From Ranitomeya imitator (Eukaryota): a stretch of 64,000 nucleotides of DNA. The stretch's first letter is position 1. Every line of letters starts with the position of its first letter. The stretch is from NCBI RefSeq assembly GCF_032444005.1, contig NC_091289.1:5766001-5830000 (forward strand). Reading direction: 5' to 3'. The position numbers were made by a program, and so were the translations under genes. The notes below the pieces were generated by a model, which was given only the letters and a program-made list of their open reading frames with translations, was not told the origin of the DNA and made no database searches. Shown here piece after piece: positions 22,929 through 35,832 of the stretch.

Positions 22929-25900
22929 CTATGAAGAGAGAAAAGATGAAGAAATGAGGTTCTGTCGCAACGGTGTGCAGCCCTGCACCGTATATCGCAA
23001 TATGGCGAGGCGTGCGGTCCTGGACTGTATATCGCGATATGGTGAGGAGCACTGCCCTGCACCGTATATCGCGGCATGGCGAGGAGCTGTACCGTATATC
23101 GTGATATGGCAAGGAGCACTGCCCTGCACATATATCGCGATATGGCGAGGCGCGCGGCCCTGTCTGTATATTGTGATATGGTAAGGAGCACTGCCCTGCA
23201 CTGTATATCGTGATATGGCGAGGCGCGCGGCCCTGTCCGTATATCGCGATATGGCAAGAATCACTGCCCTGCACCGTATATCGTGATATGGCAAGAATCA
23301 CTGCCCTGCACCGTATATCGTGATATGGCAAGAATCACTGCCCTGCACTGTATATCGTGATATGGCGATTCGCGTGGCCCTGTACCGTATATTATGATAT
23401 GGCAAGAATCACTGCCCTGCACCGTATATCGCGATATGGCGAGGCGCGCAGCCCTGTACCGTATATTGTGATATGGCAAGAAGCACTGCACCGTATATCG
23501 TGATATGGCAAGAATCACTGCCCTGCACCGTATATCGCGATATGGCAAGAATCACTGCCCTGCACCCGCGCAGCCCTGTACCGTATATTGTGATATGGCA
23601 AGAAGCACTGCACCGTATATCGCGATATGGCAAGAATCACTGCCCTGCACTGTATATCGTGATATGGCAAGAATCACTGCCCTGCACCATATATCGCGAT
23701 ATGGCGAGGCGCGCAGCCCTGTACCGTATATTGTGATATGACAAGAATCACTGCCCTGTACCGTATATCGCGATATGGCGAGGCGCACAGCCCTGTACCG
23801 TATATTGTGATATGGCAAGAAGCACTGCACCGTATATCGCGATATGGCAAGAATCACTGCCCTGCACCGTATATCGTGATATGGCGAGGTGCGTGGCCCT
23901 GTACCGTATATTGTGATATGGCAAGAAGCACTGCCCTGCACCATATATCGCGATATGGCGAGGCGCGCAGCCCTGCACCGTATATCGTGATATGGCAAGA
24001 ATCACTGCCCTGCACCGTATATCGCGATATGGCGAGGTGCGCGGCCCTGTCCGTATATTGTGATATGGCAAGAAGCACTGCCCTGCCCCATGTATCGCGA
24101 GCGCTCGGCCCTGCACCGTATATCACGATATGGCGACTATTTCCGGCTCCCGACGTGAACTTACCGTCGTAATCGATTTTGCCGTCATTGTTTTTGTCGC
24201 CGTCTTTCATCAGCTCCTCGATGTCGTCCTCGGTTATGGTCTCGCCGGTCGCTTCCAGCATGTTCTTCAGCTCCTCCAGGTCAATGTATCCGTCGGCATT
24301 TCTGCAGAGATGTGAAGATCTGGAAATATCTGTGTTCCTTCTCCCATCATGCCTTGCGCAGGAACAACTACCCAAATTCTGTCCCTAATTTGATACAATG
24401 TTGCGGGACTTCACAGATACTTTGTCATTTTTTACTTTCCTAACTCCCAGTGGCGTATCTAGGGGGGGGCAGCCGGGGCATGTGCCCCGGGCGCAGCTGG
24501 CAGGGGGGCGCAGTTGGGCCGCCAAATGTCTCCCCTGGCAGCTGCATTCTGCCGCCCTGCACTCGGAGTCAGCTGTTCTCTGTGTCGGACTGTCAAGCTG
24601 ACATCCGGCACAGAGACGCTGCAGCGCGCGGCTCCCAGTGTTCAATTGTACTCGTATCTTACGGACATGAGTACAATTGAACATCTGACTGCACTGCAGG
24701 GCCTGTCTAGAATGGAGCTGAGGTAAGATGTCACCGGAAGGGGCGGGGCCTCCTTCAGTCCAGTGAAGGAACCAGGAAGCTGCTGGAGTCGTGTGAGGAG
24801 GACTGAGGGTCTGCAGCATGCAGCCATGTGAGGAGATTACCGAGGTGTGTGGGGATTGGAGGGATAATGATGAGGGGCTGTGTAGTGGATGATGAGAAGC
24901 TGTGGGGATTGGAGAGATAATGATGAGGGGCTGTGTAGTGGATGATGAGAAGCTGTGGGGAATGGAGGGATAATGATGAGGGGCTGTCTAGTGGATGATG
25001 AGAGGCTGTGGGGAATGGAGGGATAATGATGAGGGGCTGTGTAGTGGATGATGAGAGGCTGTGGGGAATGGAGGGATAATGATGAGGGGCTGTGTAGTGG
25101 ATGATGAGACGCTGTGGGAAATGGAGGGATAATGATGAGGGACTGTGTAGTGGATGATGAGACGCTGTGGGGAATGGAGGGATAATGATGAGGGGCTGTG
25201 TAGTGGATGATGAGAAGCTGTGGGGAATGGAGGGATAATGATGAGGGGCTGTCTAGTGGATGATGAGAGGCTGTGGGGAATGGAGGGATAATGATGAGGG
25301 GCTGTGTAGTGGATGATGAGAGGCTGTGGGGAATGGAGGGATAATGATGAGGGGCTGTGTAGTGGATGATGAGACGCTGTGGGAAATGGAGGGATAATGA
25401 TGAGGGACTGTGTAGTGGATGATGAGACGCTGTGGGGAATGGAGGGATAATGATGAGGGGCTGTGTAGTGGATGATGAGACGCTGTGGGGAATGGAGGGA
25501 TAATGATGAGGGGCTGTGTAGTGGATGATGAGACGCTGTGGGGAATGGAGGGATAATGATGAGGGGCTGTGTAGTGGATGATGAGAAGCTGTGGGGATTG
25601 GAGGGATAATGATGAGGGGCTGTGTAGTGGATGATGAGAAGCTGTGGGGATTGGAGGGATAATGATGAGGGGCTGTGTAGTGGATGATGAGACGCTGTGG
25701 GGAATGGAGGAATAATGATGAGGGGCTGTGTAGTGGATGATGAGAGGCTGTGGGGAATGGAGGGATAATGATGAGGGGCTGTGTAGTGGATGATGAGACG
25801 CTGTGGGGATTGGAGGGATAATGATGAGGGGCTGTGTAGTGGATGATGAGAAGCTGTGGGGAATGGAGGGATAATGATGAGGGGCTGTCTAGTGGATGAT

Positions 25901-28900
25901 GAGAGGCTGTGGGGAATGGAGGGATAATGATGAGGGGCTGTGTAGTGGATGATGAGAGGCTGTGGGGAATGGAGGGATAATGATGAGGGGCTGTGTAGTG
26001 GATGATGAGACGCTGTGGGAAATGGAGGGATAATGATGAGGGACTGTGTAGTGGATGATGAGACGCTGTGGGGAATGGAGGGATAATGATGAGGGGCTGT
26101 GTAGTGGATGATGAGACGCTGTGGGGAATGGAGGGATAATGATGAGGGGCTGTGTAGTGGATGATGAGAGGCTGTGGGGAATGGAGGGATAATGATGAGG
26201 GGCTGTGTAGTGGATGATGAGAAGCTGTGTGGGGAATGATGATGGGCTGTGTAGTGGATGATGAGGGGCTGTGTGGGGAATGGAGCATGATGAGGGGCAG
26301 TGTGGAAAAAGAAGGAATGATGAGGGGCTGTGTGGGAGAAGGGGGGTGATGAGGGGCTGTATGGGGGTGATGGGCTGTGTGGGGAATGGGGGATGAGAGG
26401 CTGTGTGGGTGATAATGAGGGCCTGTGGGGAATGGGGGGATGATGAGGGGCTCTGTGGAGAAGCGGGGTGATGAGGGCCTTTTTGGGGAATGATGAGGGC
26501 CTGTGGGGAATGGGAGGGTGATGAGGGGGAGATGGGGTTGATGAGGGGCTGTGTGGGGGATCAGGAGATGGGGGTGATGAGGGGCTGTGTGGGTAATGGG
26601 GGGATTTATTGTGTGGGGTTGAATTGGAGTGGAGATGGGAGATTTGAGGACACAAAATGAACAGCAAAGGGGGTGATGGGGCACAGAATAGAAACTGAGT
26701 AGTGGGTTCGTAGCATGGGGGCAGTGTAAGGGCACAGCCAGGAGGGGACAGTATACCAAGGAGGGGGAGTGTGATGAGAGAGTACAGTGTAAATACTGGG
26801 CCCTATATGGGGGACACAGTGTGAGAGGACAGTGTGAAGAGGGGACCGGTATGGAAAGGAGAGGTCAGTGTGAAGAGCATGTACCATAAGAGGAACAGTG
26901 TGGGGGTCATATTTTGTGAAGACAATATAGTGAGGGGCAATTTTTCATTCAGGAGCATTATAATGACACTTGTATCTTTAAGGGCATCGTGAAGATGAAG
27001 AAAAGAAGAACGACTCCAGAGACGACATCATCTATAAGGTACCTGGATGTAAATGTTAATTGTGATACTGACTAACTCTCATGTTTTTATTTATGTTAGG
27101 AGCATTAAAGGGGATGTCCAGGTTTGTAATGTGTCTGCAGTCATTCTTCGTGACTGCAAACTTCTGAGTTCTCACAGTGCTCATTGCACACTGTCAGGAT
27201 TCTCTCGTGCTGGCAATTTACATACATGTGGTCACGTGCTGACTAGACATGTGTGGCCTCCGTCAATGAAAATGAACTGAGCGAGGCCGGGCACGTCTAG
27301 TCGGAATGTGTTCAGAATTATACAAATCACATGCTTGTACTGACATGACCGTCCACCAGCAAGGGAGAATCCTAAAAGTGTCCAGTGCATTCGTTGTGAG
27401 AATTCAGAAGTCTGCGATGTCAGGATTCAGGTCAGCAGGTTCCAGTAGTCGTCACATGGACACGTCACTCATATGTGACTTTCACACTTATGGTCTGGTG
27501 ACAACGAGCTTTTCTTCTGCTTCTCAGTTTTTCACTGAACATTGAGAGCATTAGGGAGAGGAGCTTGTGGGTACATGACTAAGTGCGCAAATTGCATATG
27601 TGCTGGGGGGGAAGGGGAGGGGGGGGCGCCAAAATGAATTCTTGCCCCGGGTGCCAGAAACCCTAGATACGCCTCTGCTAACTCCACTCACATCCAGAGC
27701 TGCAGCAATTGTATCTCTAGTCTCCAGCCAGAGGTCAGTCTGCAGATCTGTGCTGCTGCCACCTGCTGGTCGTTGGCCTGTAGAGCACATCCTGCTGCTT
27801 TATGATGATGCCCTGTGTGGGATCTCAGACCCTCAGACAATGAATGCCAGCATAGTGCATGAAAGAGCAGAATTTAGACTGCAGCTCTGCATGTGAGTGG
27901 AGTATAAGAACTTCAAATGCAGCTGTGGATGTGACTGGAGTACACTATCTGTGTGAAAACAAAGGCCAATGTGAACAGAACAATAAATGCAGCTGTCACA
28001 GGGGTCATGCTGAGTGGTCGGCCCTGTGCCGCTGTCGTCTTTCCATGGTTTCCCTCACAATCACTTAATTTTGCAACCTAAATGTGACTGGAAAATATTA
28101 CTTGTGAATGCAGCCCCTCGTGTGTGATTGTTGATGCAGCTTTGGATGTGACTGGAGCGTATACTATTATTATTATTATAGCGCCATTTATTCCATGGCG
28201 CTTTACATGTGAGGAGGGGTATACATAATCAACCCAAAGTGACCGTATAAACTAAGCACATGGCAGTGCAGGGGATAAAACATATCTCCCAACCATCCGG
28301 GATCCAACAGTCCTGAATGCGGGAGGTCGGGGGAAAGTCTCCAGAACATGGACATGATGGAGGAATAGGAGCCGACATAAGGACCTGCAGGTGATTGACA
28401 GCGCTGCTGTCTGCAGCCTAATCTCAAGCAGGTCAGTGCTGTCAATCATCTATGAGGGGGCGGGGACATGCAAAACCGTGGCTCTTGGTCACGCCCAGAG
28501 TGCACCAAGCACCTAATTAGTATATTTGATCAGAACTGTAGTTTCTGCAGAGGAGGCCGCGATCACTAACGGTGCGATGATTATAGGGGCCACATCCCCT
28601 ACAAGGCCGTGTGCTTAGATTGGGCTGACACACTCCCTTTAATGCTGACCAGAGGATTTTGCTGCATTATGTCTTAAAGGGCAAGTTCACAATGTCCCTC
28701 ATCACTCACTTGTCGAACATGCGGAAGAGATCTGACAGCTCCTCCTCGGATTTCCCTTTACTGTCGTCTTTCATGCACCGAACCATCATGACCAGAAACT
28801 CATCGAAGTCCACAGTGCCGCTGCCTGGAGGAGGGAAGCGCCAGCGATGAACATCATCATACACTGCCAGCCCCAGAACTACAACTCCCATCAGGCCTCC

Positions 28901-31900
28901 TGACATGCAGCATGCTGAGACTTTTCATACTTTAATCATTGTGCTCCAGTCCAGGGGTGGAGATGGGGCCCCGGAGATCAGGGGGCCACGGTCACCTCCA
29001 AAGCAGATGGAATTGTGCATTATGAGGAGCTATTGGACTGTAAGGGCCCATGTATTGTTCTTGCACAGGGGTCTCGTCTGTCTGTTTCCACCAGTGCTCC
29101 ACTCACACCCAGAGCTGCAGTCACAGTTGTGCTTTGCTGCCCCCTGGTGGTTCTGTGTCTGGGCTGAGCTGCATATTCAGTGATGCTGCTCATGCAGCTG
29201 AACTGTGATTGCAGCTCTGGATGGGACTGGAGCATAAGATGTCAGGTTATATGTGATCTATAAAGTACAACTCTCACCATCCTCATCCACCTCGTCTATC
29301 ATCTCCTGCAGCTCCTCGGGGGTGGGGTTCTGTCCCAGCATTCTCATCACTTTGCCCAGCTCCTTTGTGCTGATGCATCCGTCCTCCGCATCTTGGACGA
29401 AAATATCAAAAGCTGCTCTGAATTCTGGAAAAAAAATGAAAAAACAAAACACAAAACTTTATGAAACTGTAAATCGGAATGATGTCATTTGTAGCCAGTT
29501 ATTGGGATATTGTGGAGTATTTTTAGGACAGGATGAATCTACATTTGTCCATCTGCTCATTTTCCCAAAAGACTCCTGGCAACTTCTTATCGCTATGCCT
29601 ATTACCAGCAGAGTGACAGGAAGTGTTATCATGGGGACACAGGCAGAGCAGTTCTTATAAGTGGAAGTGGTAAATTCTAATTGTGAACTTCTGCTAATGA
29701 GCGCACATATAACATATATCAGGCGCCTTGTCTTCTGCTTCTTGTCAGTTCATTATTCATTTTTTTATAGATAGAATGAAAACCTGTACAAATAGCTTCT
29801 CACAGCTGAGGGTTTGTTACTTTTTGGATCGAATCTAAATAATCCTCTGTGACATAAACTCCCTGACCGCTGCAAACTGATACATTGTAACAAAATATCA
29901 GGACTGGAGAGACTTGTGCTGCTCGCAGAGGATTGTATGGACTAGATACAAGTGTAACAAACCCTCAGCTGTGAGAGGATCAGGATGGCATTTCAGCTCC
30001 TCACGGTTTCCATTCACTGACAGCAAGCAAAGCATTTACAGTTATGAAATGAAAATTTCCAGATTATTTGGATATTTACCGTTTTTTTGCTCGTCTGTAA
30101 GTTGTTCAACCTGAAAATTAAAAAGATGAAGAAGTAAAAGAGGAAAAAAACAATAATTAGTGTCGCTGTCAATGCACAATATTATTATTAACAACAAACC
30201 ATAAAAAGCAACAGGTCAGTTACGATGGAAAAACTTGTTAATAGGAGCTTTATATATGCGACGCCCATTGTAACAAACCCTCAGCTGTGCACAGGACTGG
30301 AGGGGATTTCTGTTCACAGACATAAAGCGCAGATCTTGGAATAAATAATTGAATATCTTCTTTTTCTTACAAGATAAACACAGTTGTGATGATGGAACAA
30401 TGGAGCAATCACCGGATGCTCCGAAGCGTCGCCCTCATCACTGTACTAAATCCAATCAGGCGATCGGCGCGGCCGGAGGATTATATCTGGCTCAGTGATA
30501 CAAACGGCGGAGATCGGGATAAAACACCTTGTTCCCAGTGCTGGCAGCGAATCCAGGAGCCTTTATCTCCTCAGCCAGGAATAGCATCAAGAGGGGCCAA
30601 AATATAGTCCAGAGGGCACGTCACCTAATGTGGGGGGGGGGGGGGACCCAGAGGAACAGACCCCAAAACTGCCAAAATCCCCAGTGATACCATTCTCTGC
30701 GGTGCATCACCGCTGATCTCTGGTGATGGATAGGAGGCATTCTCGGTGAGGTCACCACTGATCTCTGGTGATGGACAGGAGGCATTCTCAGTGATGTCAC
30801 CGCTGATCTCTGATGGATAGGAGGCATTCTCAGGGATGTCACCTCTGATCTCTGGTGATGGATAGGAGGCATTCTCAGGGATGTCACCTCTGATCTCTGG
30901 TGATGGATAGGAGGCATTCTCAGTGATGTCACTTCTGATCTCTGGTGATGGATAGGAGGCATTCTCAGTGATGTCACCTCTGATCTCTGATGGATAGGAG
31001 ACATTCTCAGTAATGTCACCGCTGATCTCTGGTGATGGATAGGAGGCATTCTCAGTGATGTCACCTCTGATCTCTGGTGATGGATAGGAGACATTCTCAG
31101 TGATGTCACCGCTGATCTCTGGTGATGGATAGGAGGCATTCTCGGTGAGGTCACCACTGATCTCTGGTGATGGACAGGAGGCATTCTCAGTGATGTCACC
31201 GCTGATCTCTGATGGATAGGAGGCATTCTCAGGGATGTCACCTCTGATCTCTGGTGATGGATAGGAGGCATTCTCAGGGATGTCACCTCTGATCTCTGGT
31301 GATGGATAGGAGGCATTCTCAGTGATGTCACTTCTGATCTCTGGTGATGGATAGGAGGCATTCTCAGTGATGTCACCTCTGATCTCTGATGGATAGGAGA
31401 CATTCTCAGTAATGTCACCGCTGATCTCTGGTGATGGATAGGAGGCATTCTCAGTGATGTCACCTCTGATCTCTGGTGATGGATAGGAGACATTCTCAGT
31501 GATGTCACCGCTGATCTCTGGTGATGGATAGGAGGCATTCTCGGTGAGGTCACCACTGATCTCTGGTGATGGACAGGAGGCATTCTCAGTGATGTCACCG
31601 CTGATCTCTGATGGATAGGAGGCATTCTCAGGGATGTCACCTCTGATCTCTGGTGATGGATAGGAGGCATTCTCAGGGATGTCACCTCTGATCTCTGGTG
31701 ATGGATAGGAGGCATTCTCAGTGATGTCACTTCTGATCTCTGGTGATGGATAGGAGGCATTCTCAGTGATGTCACCTCTGATCTCTGATGGATAGGAGAC
31801 ATTCTCAGTAATGTCACCGCTGATCTCTGGTGATGGATAGGAGGCATTCTCAGTGATGTCACCTCTGATCTCTGGTGATGGATAGGAGACATTCTCAGTG

Positions 31901-34392
31901 ATGTCACCGCTGATCTCTGGTGATGGATAGGAGGCATTCTCAGTGATGTCACCGCTGATCTCTGGTGATGGATAGGAGACATTCTCAGTGATGTCACCTC
32001 TGATCTCTGGTGATGGATAGGAGACATTCTCAGTGATGTCACCGCTGATCTCTAGTGATGGATAGGAGGCATTCTCAGTGATGTCACCTCTGATCTCTGG
32101 TGATGGATAGGAGGCATTCTCAGTGATGTCACCGCTGATCTCTTGTGATGGATAGGAGACATTCTCAGTGATGTCACCGCTGATCTCTGATGGATAGGAG
32201 GCATTCTCAGTGATGTCACCGCTGATCTCCGGTGATGGATAGGAGACATTCTCAGTGATGTCACCTCTGATCTCTGGTGATGGATAGGAGGCATTCTCAG
32301 TGATGTCACCGCTGATCTCTGGTGATGGATAGGAGGCATTCTCAGTGATGTCACCGCTGATCTCTGGTGATGGATAGGAGACATTCTCAGTGATGTCACC
32401 GCTGATCTCTGGTGATGGATAGGAGGCATTCTCAGTGATGTCACAGCTGATCTCTCATGAATGGACTTGTTACATTAAGAATCTGAGGTCACTCCGCAGG
32501 AAGGTAAGGGTTAATGGTGAGGTGGAGAATATTCCCTTTTTGGAAATCAAAGCTGAGTGGCAATATGTTCCATAATCCTCAGTGGTTTATTTCGAGCTGT
32601 GCGGATTTCTGTAGAATAGACAGGTGGGTGATAATCTCCATTGTCTCCAGTAATGTTACTATATATAGTGAGGATCACATGACTTCAGACATACGAGGAC
32701 ACATTCTGGGAATTAGGACGATCCCTGTGATGTTGGATCATCTATAGTCAGGTCTGTAAATGCAGCTATGAATTCTCTGCAGACAAGTGAGGCACCGAAC
32801 ACCTTGAACCTCTCTAGGCTCTACATTAGGATTTGTTTCCCCAGGAATGATCCTACAGTTCCTTGTCCTGCGGGAAGAACTCCGGATTATAGGACCAGAG
32901 ACAAAATTACAAGTTTATCAAGTGCAGAAAATTCTGAACGTGCACAAAAAAGTCAAAATCTGGAATTTCCAGTATTTATTCGATCATCAGATTCCGTTAT
33001 CAAGAACATGAATGTTCCTGTCACTCACCCTGTCCTACAATCTCCTCCCCTAGTAATGGCTGATAACAGGGAATAATAGCTTGTAGGCTCCTGTCCTACA
33101 GTCTCCTCCCCATTAATGGCTGATAACGGAGTAATAGCTTGTAGGCTCCTGTCCTACAGTCTCCTCCCCCAGTAATGGCTGATAACAGGGAGTAATAGCT
33201 TGTAGGCTCCTGTCCTACAGTCTCCTCCCCCAGTAATGGCTGATAACAGGGAGTAATAGCTTGTAGGCTCCTGTCCTACAGTCTCCTCCCCCAGTAATGG
33301 CTGATAACAGGGAGTAATAGCTTGTAGGCTCCTGTCCTACAGTCTCCTCCCCCAGTAATGGCTGATAACAGGGAGTAATAGCTTGTAGGCTCCTGTCCTA
33401 CAGTCTCCTCCCCCAGTAATGGCTGATAACAGGGAGTAATAGCTTGTAGGCTCCTGTCCTACAGTCTCCTCCCCCAGTAATGGCTGATAACAGGGAGTAA
33501 TAGCTTGTAGGCTCCTGCCCTACAGTCTTCTCACCAGTAATGACTGATAACAGGGAGTAATAGCTTGTAGTCTCCTCCCCAGTAATGGCTGATAACAGGG
33601 AGTAATAGCTTGTAGGCTCCTGCCCTACAGTCTCCTCCCCCAGTAATGGCTGATAACAGGGAGTAATAGCTTGTAGGCTCCTGTCCTACAGTCTCCTCCC
33701 CATTAATGGCTGATAACAGGGAGTAATAGATTGTAGTCTCCTCCCCAGTAATGGCTGATAACAGGGAGTAATAGATTGTAGTCTCCTGCCAGTAATGGCT
33801 GATAACAGGGAGTAATAGATTGTAGTCTCCTCCCCAGTAATGGCTGATAACAGGGAGTAATAGCTGAGGCTGTAATCTTGTTCTGATCTAATACATCTCA
33901 CAGCTGGGGACTTGGTACAATTGGATCCAGGCCAGACAATCCTCTGAGGCCCTTGTCACAAATTTACCTATAACTCTATTAATACACTGGGTAGTTTGGA
34001 TAATGAATGATGAGATGCTGCTTTTTTCTGTACAGAGTGAATCCAGTGAATTATGCCAAGTGCTGCCCATACAGTGAGGTTGGGGGCCCAGGTCTCCACA
34101 GGGGTCCGTCGGGGGATTCCCCTGTTACCCTGTGGTCCAGTCCGAGCCTGGCTACAATGTATCAGTCTGGAGTTCAGACTGTTCAGGTCACAGAGGATCT
34201 AGACCTGATACAATGTAACAAACTCTCACCTGTGTGTTGTATTCGATCAGGATTTTGTGTCTGGCTGCTAACACAAATGTTCCCATTTACCGGCAGCAAA
34301 GATTTAGAACTAGGTGAGACAATGAAGTGTACAGTGTATCAGAGGCGTCACATCGTATAGTCACTTACCGCTGCCTTGTAGATGTCGTCCAT
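22897..34392 (-). CDS. tnnc1: Troponin C, slow skeletal/cardiac type, complete 6-exon CDS, 161 aa
   Basis: Exons 34369-34392, 30080-30110, 29278-29424, 28710-28824, 24165-24301 and 22897-22928 (24+31+147+115+137+32 = 486 nt), all GT-AG. Protein [41 protein letters not shown]...[13 protein letters not shown]. The inactive EF-hand I with C35, plus C84, marks the TNNC1 class rather than fast TNNC2. Confidence 0.97.
22975..24135. repeat. About 37-bp CpG-rich minisatellite filling tnnc1 intron 5
   Basis: Unit GATATGGCAAGAATCACTGCCCTGCACCGTATATCGT, alternating with a GGCGAGGCGCGC variant. Confidence 0.93.
24165..24301 (-). CDS. tnnc1: tnnc1 exon 5 ([19 protein letters not shown]...GKIDYD)
   Basis: 137 nt, CAG acceptor, GTAAGT donor; EF-hands III and IV. 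Confidence 0.97.
24448..27677 (+). mobile_element. Non-autonomous hAT-type element 1 (3.2 kb) in tnnc1 intron 4
   Basis: TIRs CAGTGGCGTATCTAGGG / CCCTAGATACGCCTCTG (16 of 17 match). Perfect 8-bp TSD CTAACTCC at 24440-24447 and 27678-27685. Confidence 0.92.
24848..26240. repeat. 53-bp minisatellite inside hAT element 1
   Basis: Unit GGGGAATGGAGGGATAATGATGAGGGGCTGTGTAGTGGATGATGAGAGGCTGT, decaying to about 26640. Confidence 0.94.
28710..28824 (-). CDS. tnnc1: tnnc1 exon 4 ([21 protein letters not shown]...FRMFDK)
   Basis: 115 nt, CAG acceptor, GTGAGT donor. Confidence 0.97.
29278..29424 (-). CDS. tnnc1: tnnc1 exon 3 ([17 protein letters not shown]...EVDEDG)
   Basis: 147 nt, CAG acceptor, GTGAGA donor. 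Confidence 0.97.
30080..30110 (-). CDS. tnnc1: tnnc1 exon 2 ([10 protein letters not shown])
   Basis: 31 nt, TTTTCAG acceptor, GTAAAT donor. Confidence 0.95.
30700..32455. repeat. 45-bp minisatellite with a 399-bp higher-order period in tnnc1 intron 1
   Basis: Unit GATCTCTGGTGATGGATAGGAGGCATTCTCAGTGATGTCACCGCT; the variant CTCGGTGAGG recurs at 30742, 31141 and 31540. Confidence 0.95.
33040..33865. repeat. 61-bp minisatellite in tnnc1 intron 1
   Basis: Unit GCTGATAACAGGGAGTAATAGCTTGTAGGCTCCTGTCCTACAGTCTCCTCCCCCAGTAATG, with shorter 44-46-bp variants at the right end. Confidence 0.94.
34369..34392 (-). CDS. tnnc1: tnnc1 exon 1 (MDDIYKAA)
   Basis: 24 nt followed by a GTAAGT donor. Confidence 0.95.
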
Positions 34393-34419
34393 GATGGCGG
34401 AGGTTGCAGAGATGAGTGT

Positions 34420-34600
34420 AGCGGCATCGGCTGTGAGTGGAGCTTATATGTGAGGGGGGACTGTATGGGGTCCCAGCCCTGCGCCCGTCCCACCCTTATA
34501 GGGAGCACATCAGGTGCCTATTTATACCTCAGCCAGGACGCTGCATTGTCCTCAGCTGGGGGGACTCCTCACAATTGTCCCCATTTTCTGGCTGCGGTGG
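34420..34600 (-). promoter_or_regulatory. tnnc1 proximal muscle promoter
   Basis: TATA-like CATATAAG (minus) near 34443-34450, CArG-like CCTTATAGGG 34494-34503, E-boxes CAGGTG 34511-34516 and CAGCTG 34553-34558, MEF2/TATA-like CTATTTATAC 34518-34527. Confidence 0.6.
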
Positions 34601-34648
34601 TATCTCACTCCGATGTAACGCACCAGAACCAAAAATGTGACAAAGCCT

Positions 34649-35573
34649 TGTAAGATTGCTCTCACTAAGTGTATTGGGGGACACTCGCTTGGCACGGGAT
34701 TAACGTAGTCAGGCACGATTTTTGAACACAAAACAGTCCATGGGGTTTATTAAAGTGTCATAAACCGGGTTATGCACAGTTCATATTATACATTCCATAG
34801 AACACAATAGGCACCAACTGGTGATATTAACTTGCAGCTTTGTTTTAACACTTCATTTACGGCTTTGACTCACGTTTACGGCTTTGTCTCACAGACACTA
34901 AGCATGCTGGACCTCTCACTTCGCCCAGTTACCATGGCTGTCTGTACGCCGTACACTTCACCAATGTCCAAAGTCACATACAGCGCATATGACACTGGGT
35001 CGCGGTCTCTAAACACGCCGAACCTCACTCCGTTCAGTCACCGTGGGAGACCACACAGTTCATAGAGCATCACAAGCACCAACAGTCTGTAAAGGTACCT
35101 GACGGGAGCTCCTGCTCCACCTGCTGACTCCTCGACAGTCCTCTCCTCCGGGAAAGCTGCCTCACAGGGATCACCATCTTGCCTGTGCGGCATATCCTAG
35201 TCAGTCCAGACCCACCGAAGGACGGTAGCTTCCCAAACAGTTCTTCAGTGTGCTATTCAGGACTCCTACTCCCAGGAAATCCAACACACCAGGCTCACCA
35301 GGTCCAAAGCCCCACCATGTGCTCTTCAGGACTCCTACTCCCAGGAAATCCAACACAGGTGGTTCAGTGTGCTATTCAGGGATCCGGTCCTACTCCCAGG
35401 ACCTCCCAACACACAGGCTCTCCAGGACTTTCCACTGGAACCATACAGAAACCATGTGACCCACACCCTGGTCACATTATATACCCTTAACCACTCCTCT
35501 AGATGGGAGTGTGGATGTGTGGCTAATTTGTCCCACCCATCTCACACAACTAGCCAAGTAAGTCTCCCTTACA
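34649..35573 (-). mobile_element. Probable solo LTR (925 bp) directly upstream of tnnc1
   Basis: TGTAAG...CTTACA termini. On the minus strand, a TATA (GGGTATATAATG, near 35475-35485) lies close to the 5' end and AATAAA (near 34746-34751) lies about 100 bp from the 3' end. The TSD is imperfect (GCCT vs GCTA). Confidence 0.55.
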
Positions 35574-35832
35574 GCTACACCATACATATACAAACTTGAG
35601 GGACTACAGGTCCCAGAACAACAACATTGCATCAAACTTACTACAAAGACTCCCTCTGCGACACATATCGGCCATTCATAACACAGCCAGTCACTGTTTC
35701 ACCACCATTATCACAATAGATATGCCTCCATGCACATCCCAAAGAGCACTCACAGCGCCCCCTAGCTGTCACAGGGGTCACTGCATCACAGCCTATAGAA
35801 AAATCCTTAAATGAAGAGAAACAGCGTGTAAC

